Origin: Planctomycetota bacterium
GTDB taxonomy: Bacteria > Planctomycetota > B15-G4 > JADJEK01
Direction of reading: 5' to 3'
NCBI GenBank assembly: GCA_044225365.1
Contig: JBGAIQ010000021.1
Coordinates: forward strand, 1 to 64,000
Length of the DNA stretch: 64,000 bases
The notes under the pieces are model-generated. The model had not been told where the DNA came from and did not search any database. It worked only from the letters and a program-made list of their open reading frames with translations. The translations under genes were made by a program, and so were the position numbers. Positions 59,763-64,000 of this stretch are shown piece by piece (the stretch's first letter is position 1; each line of letters starts with the position of its first letter).

Positions 59763-61400
59763 ATGGCACGATCCCCGTTCCTCGCGAAACTCCGCCGCAT
59801 CGCACACGAGGTGCGCGCTGCGAAATCGCTCGGGATCGAGCACGGCGAATGGGTCGAACGACGCGCGAAGTTCGACGCGATCGCGAACGAGCGCGGACTC
59901 ACGCGTCGCGACTTCCTGGCCGGGGCGTCGGCTTCGGCGCTCTTGCTCGGATTGCCCACGAAGGCCTTTGCCGCGAAGAATACTCCGCGCATCGCGATCG
60001 TCGGCGGCGGCATCGCGGGCCTGTCGGCCGCGCTGACCTTGCGCGATTCGGGCTTCGCCGCGACCATCTACGAGTCGCAGACTCGCATCGGCGGGCGCAT
60101 GTTCAGCCGCATGGATTCCTACTTCGGCGGGCAGACGATCGAGTGGTGCGGTGAACTCATCGACACCGGTCACGCGACGATTCGCAAGCTCGCGAAGCGC
60201 TTTCATCTCGATCTCGTGCACCTGCCGCAGGCGGAGCCGAAGAAGAGCGAGGACACCAATTACTTCGACGGCGGCTACTACACGCAAGCGCAGGTGACGG
60301 CCGACTTCCTCGCGATCGCCGATCTCGTGTTCGCTGATGTCGACGCCGCGGGTTATCCGACGAAGTTCGACCACAACACCCCCGAAGGGATCGCGCTCGA
60401 CCAGATGTCCGTCCGCGACTGGATCGACTCCCGAGTTCCGGGCGGTCACACGTCGCTGTTCGGGCAGTATCTCGATATCGCCTACAACGGCGAATACAGC
60501 GCACAAACGACCGATCAGAGCTCACTGAACCTTCTCTATCTCCTCGGCTTCCAGCCCAAGCCGAACGCGTTGTCGACCTTCGGGGAGTCCGACGAGCGAA
60601 TGCACATCGACGGCGGCAACGAGCGATTGCCGAAGAAGATCGCGAAGCACCTCGGCGAGAAGTCGCTGAAGCTCGAACACTCGCTCACCGCGATCTCCCA
60701 GCCCGGCGATGGAACGGTCCACCTCACGTTCGACACACCGGGTGGGAGCAAGGAGGTGATCGCCGACTTCGCGATCCTGACCTTGCCGTTCGCCGTCTTG
60801 CAGCAGCTCGACATGAGTGGCGCGAATTTCGAGGCGTTGAAGCTTCAGGCCATCAACAGCCTTGGCAAGGGCCGCGGTGGAAAGCTGCAGCTCCAATTCG
60901 ACTCTCGCGTTTGGAACGCACCGGGTGCGTGGGGTCCGCACCCTTCGAACGGCGCGACCTACACCGACCTGGGTTACCAATCGACGTGGGACGTGACGCG
61001 CGGGCAAAAGGGCAAGAAGGGAATCCTCAACTTCTTCACCAGCGGAACGGTTGCCGACGCCATGGCGACGACGGTCGGATTCGCCGACGCGTCGACGCCG
61101 TCGGTGCTCACCGATGTGAACACGCATCTCCCGAATCTCGAGATCGTGCTGCCCGGGGTCGCAGCGCAGTTCAACGGGCTCGCCACGTCCTCGCTGCCAC
61201 ATCTCTTCCCGCACTTCAATCTGACGTATTCGTACTATCGAGTCGGTCAATACACGACGTTCGGAGGAATGGAGAAGAAGACGCAAGGGCGCGTGCTCTT
61301 CGCCGGCGAACATACGTCGACGAACTTCCAGGGATACATGGAAGGCGGCGCCACCGAGGGAGTGCGCGCGGCGAAGGAGCTGCTCTCGAAGCTCAGTTGA
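59763..61400 (+). CDS. Flavin monoamine oxidase family protein with twin-arginine motif
   Basis: TRRDFL; IAIVGGGIAGL; RIGGRM; LFAGEHTS..QGYMEGG. Confidence 0.92.
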   Translation: MARSPFLAKLRRIAHEVRAAKSLGIEHGEWVERRAKFDAIANERGLTRRDFLAGASASALLLGLPTKAFAAKNTPRIAIVGGGIAGLSAALTLRDSGFAATIYESQTRIGGRMFSRMDSYFGGQTIEWCGELIDTGHATIRKLAKRFHLDLVHLPQAEPKKSEDTNYFDGGYYTQAQVTADFLAIADLVFADVDAAGYPTKFDHNTPEGIALDQMSVRDWIDSRVPGGHTSLFGQYLDIAYNGEYSAQTTDQSSLNLLYLLGFQPKPNALSTFGESDERMHIDGGNERLPKKIAKHLGEKSLKLEHSLTAISQPGDGTVHLTFDTPGGSKEVIADFAILTLPFAVLQQLDMSGANFEALKLQAINSLGKGRGGKLQLQFDSRVWNAPGAWGPHPSNGATYTDLGYQSTWDVTRGQKGKKGILNFFTSGTVADAMATTVGFADASTPSVLTDVNTHLPNLEIVLPGVAAQFNGLATSSLPHLFPHFNLTYSYYRVGQYTTFGGMEKKTQGRVLFAGEHTSTNFQGYMEGGATEGVRAAKELLSKLS

Positions 61401-61467
61401 TTTGCGAGGATGATGCGCGTTGACTCATGGGCTGTGCGCGGGAAACTTCGCCGCACCGGAGAGACTC

Positions 61468-63201
61468 ATGAAGAATCGGTCGATCACATGCGTGCTCGTC
61501 TTCCTTTGTTCACTCCTCTCGACGGCGGCGCGTGCAGCCGACGAAAACGGATTCATCGGTGACTGGAAGGGAACGCTCGACGCCGGCGCGCGGAAGATCC
61601 CATTCATCTTCCACGTGGGACACGACGGCAAGGGCGCTCTCGCAGGCTGCCTCGACTCACCGAGCGAGAAGCTGACGAGTCTCGACGTGAGCTCGATCAC
61701 CGTGAGCGGTGATTCGATCGAACTGAAGCTCGACGTCGTGGGCGCCGTCTACGCTGCGAGACTCGCGCCGGACGGCAAATCGCTCGCTGGGAAATGGAGA
61801 CAGCGCGGAGCGGAGATCGAGCTGAACTGCACTGCAGCGCCGCAAGAGATGGCGAAGAGGGTGAAAGGCCAGGAACGGCTCGTCGGAACCTACGAAGGCA
61901 AGCTCGAGGTCCAGGGGACGAAGCTGACGGTCGCCTTCCACATTCGCGAAGACGTCATCGGTCGACTGAGCGCCACGTTCGACTCGATCGATCAGAACGC
62001 GAAGGGTGTGCCCGTGGGGGAGGTCGAGTTCGACGAGGATGGCGATCTCGTGCTGCGCATGCCCAATCTCGGAGCGGCGTACGACGGGACCTTCGAAGCC
62101 GATCGCCGCCGAATCGACGGCAAGTGGAAACAGGGCTCGCAGTCATTCCCCCTCGAACTCCTTGCGGTGGAGAAGGCGTCGACGTTGAAGCGTCCGCAGA
62201 CTCCGAAGCCGCCCTTCCCATATCGTGCGATCGACGTCTCCTACGAGAATCCCGCTGCGAAACTGACCCTTGCCGGCACGCTCACAACGCCCGACTCCAA
62301 AGGTCCTTTTCCGGCCGTCCTGCTCATTACGGGTTCGGGTTCGCAGGACCGTGACGAGACGATCTTCGAACATCGCCCGTTCTTCGTCATCGCCGACGCG
62401 CTGACGCGCCGCGGCGTCGCGGTCTTGCGGGTCGACGATCGCGGCGTGGGCAAGTCGACGGGATCGCCGTTGACGGCGACCTCGCTCGATCTCGCCGGGG
62501 ACGTCGAGGCGGGAGTCGAGTTCTTGAAGAAGCGACCCGAGATCGACGCCGCGCGTATCGGACTGGTTGGCCACAGCGAGGGTGGAATCATCGCGCCCAT
62601 GCTCGCATCCAAGCGCCAGGACATCGCATTCGTCGTCATGCTCGCGGGCCCGGGCCTCAACGGCGAGAAGATCCTCTACGCGCAATCGGCGCTCCTGATG
62701 AAGGCGCAGGGAGCGAGCGACGAGGACGTGGCGGCGAACCGGAAGATCCAGGAGCAGATGTTCGCAGTGCTGAAGGACTCGAGTCTCGATTCCGCTGCCG
62801 TGATCGCGAAGCTGCGATCGATCCTGAGTCCGACCGGCACTGCCGATCCTTCCGTCGATGCGCAGATCGCGTCCGTGAACTCTCCCTGGATGCGGTACTT
62901 CATCGCCTACGAGCCGCTCCCCGCGCTCGAGCAGATGCGTTGCCCCGTGCTCGCCTTGTTCGGCGAGAAGGACTTGCAAGTTCCCGCGGTCGAGAATGCA
63001 AAGGCGATGGACGAGGTCGTGAAGAAGCGCGGGGACGGCAGCTTCGTGACGAAGATCGTGCCCGGAGTGAACCACCTGTTTCAGAAGTGCTCGACCGGCG
63101 GAATCGACGAATACGCGAAGATCGAGCAGACGATGGACGAAGGCGCGCTCGCGATGCTCGTCGACTACGTGGTCTCGCAGGCGAAGCCCGCGGCGAAGTG
63201 A
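61468..63201 (+). CDS. Secreted alpha/beta hydrolase with duplicated N-terminal beta domain
   Basis: RPQTPKPPFPY, ITGSGSQDRDE, DDRGVGKS, GHSEGG, GEKDLQV, NHLFQ. Confidence 0.92.
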   Translation: MKNRSITCVLVFLCSLLSTAARAADENGFIGDWKGTLDAGARKIPFIFHVGHDGKGALAGCLDSPSEKLTSLDVSSITVSGDSIELKLDVVGAVYAARLAPDGKSLAGKWRQRGAEIELNCTAAPQEMAKRVKGQERLVGTYEGKLEVQGTKLTVAFHIREDVIGRLSATFDSIDQNAKGVPVGEVEFDEDGDLVLRMPNLGAAYDGTFEADRRRIDGKWKQGSQSFPLELLAVEKASTLKRPQTPKPPFPYRAIDVSYENPAAKLTLAGTLTTPDSKGPFPAVLLITGSGSQDRDETIFEHRPFFVIADALTRRGVAVLRVDDRGVGKSTGSPLTATSLDLAGDVEAGVEFLKKRPEIDAARIGLVGHSEGGIIAPMLASKRQDIAFVVMLAGPGLNGEKILYAQSALLMKAQGASDEDVAANRKIQEQMFAVLKDSSLDSAAVIAKLRSILSPTGTADPSVDAQIASVNSPWMRYFIAYEPLPALEQMRCPVLALFGEKDLQVPAVENAKAMDEVVKKRGDGSFVTKIVPGVNHLFQKCSTGGIDEYAKIEQTMDEGALAMLVDYVVSQAKPAAK

Positions 63202-63215
63202 CTCCGATCGAGTGA

Positions 63216-63254
63216 ATCGTTCGTTTTGACGAACGATCGTTCGGGTCGCACCAT
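63216..63254 (+). promoter_or_regulatory. Candidate promoter with palindromic operator upstream of MarR gene
   Basis: TTGACG (63226) -17 nt- CACCAT; perfect palindrome CGAACGATCGTTCG (63230-63243); IR ATCGTTCGT/ACGAACGAT. Confidence 0.55.
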
Positions 63255-63262
63255 GTGCGGCC

Positions 63263-63727
63263 ATGAACGACCTCGATGCCGCCGTTTCCTCGATCCAGCG
63301 CAGTTACCCCCGCGTCTACCACGCTTGCCACGTCGATCACGTGCGAAGGCGATCGACGCGCCACCGCCTCTCGGCGCATGATTCCGCGTTGCTCTCGCAT
63401 CTCGACCCCGACGTCGCCCTGACGCCCTCCGATCTCGCGCGGCACTTCGGCGTCGCCAAGTCGACGCTCACCGCCGCGATCCAACGGCTCGAGAAGCTCG
63501 GGTACCTCACGCGCATGGTGAATGCGAAAGATCGAAGGCGAATCGAACTACGCCTCGCGCCGCTCGGCGAAGAGGCGATGGAGGAGACGTCCGTGCTCGA
63601 CGTGAAGCGCCTTCAGAAGGTGCTGCTCACCATGGGTACGAAGGAACGCAACGCTGCCGTGAGCGGGCTCGCACTCCTTGCGCGGGCCTGTCGCGACTTT
63701 CGGGATTCGAAGAGGAGAAACCCATGA
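63263..63727 (+). CDS. MarR family transcriptional regulator
   Basis: TPSDLARHFGVAKSTLTAAIQRLEKLGYLTR...DRR. Confidence 0.92.
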   Translation: MNDLDAAVSSIQRSYPRVYHACHVDHVRRRSTRHRLSAHDSALLSHLDPDVALTPSDLARHFGVAKSTLTAAIQRLEKLGYLTRMVNAKDRRRIELRLAPLGEEAMEETSVLDVKRLQKVLLTMGTKERNAAVSGLALLARACRDFRDSKRRNP

Positions 63728-64000
63728 AGTGGTTGTTGATCGTCGCGGCGGTCGTCGTTGCGCTCGGCATCGTGTTGCTCGCCGTCGGCGCCATGCTGCC
63801 CCGCGAGCACAAGGCGACGCGGAGCACGTCGTTCAAACGGCCCGCCTCCGAGGTCTTCGCCGCGATCACCGATTTTCCGAACCTCCCCGCGTGGCGCGCG
63901 GGTGTGACGGCGATCGAACTCCTGCCCGCGGTCGACGAGAAAGCGCGCTATCGCGAGACGTCGAGATTCGGCCAGCTCACGTACGAAGTGGAGGAATGGG
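63724..64000 (+). CDS. SRPBCC (START-like) family protein, partial
   Basis: Not in ORF track; MKWLLIVAAVVVALG...LPREHKATRS...PASEVFAAITDFPNLPAWR; ATGA overlap with MarR stop. Confidence 0.8.
   Translation, partial: MKWLLIVAAVVVALGIVLLAVGAMLPREHKATRSTSFKRPASEVFAAITDFPNLPAWRAGVTAIELLPAVDEKARYRETSRFGQLTYEVEEW

Noticed and set aside
59562-60506. Long N-terminal extension of the CPA1 antiporter ORF
   Set aside because: Mostly antisense to the amine oxidase gene; hydrophobic transporter sequence begins near 59561.

Overview
High-GC bacterial chromosome segment, most likely from a Planctomycetota lineage. This is an inference from the ECF sigma/Ser-Thr kinase pair, the kinase-FGE fusion, Cys-type sulfatases, HEAT/Gfo-Idh-MocA genes and mcsA-mcsB-clpC. 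The first ~5.5 kb is a mobile-element junction. It holds a partial transposase, a ParDE toxin-antitoxin pair, and a 3' tRNA-Ser(TGA) fragment surrounded by phased repeats that look like an attP-type site. It also holds an IS with terminal inverted repeats and an in-frame stop, plus two IS remnants. The 4-32 kb region is rich in secreted, surface and signalling genes. The 32-39 kb region is core: tRNA-Ser(GCT), murD, mcsAB-clpC. At 50-58 kb is an atypical periplasmic nitrate reductase locus: napD-napA-tetraheme napB-ferredoxin, divergent from tetraheme cytochrome-NrfC-NrfD-Rrf2, with no napC or napH. Best candidates for undescribed biology: (1) a ~110-125 aa C-terminal domain shared by four otherwise unrelated secreted proteins, possibly a sorting or anchoring signal; (2) a coiled-coil + AT-hook + winged-helix protein resembling a nucleoid-associated or silencer protein; (3) the NapC/NapH-independent nap module; (4) the attP-like repeat architecture. 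All calls come from reading the sequence by eye; no searches were run.
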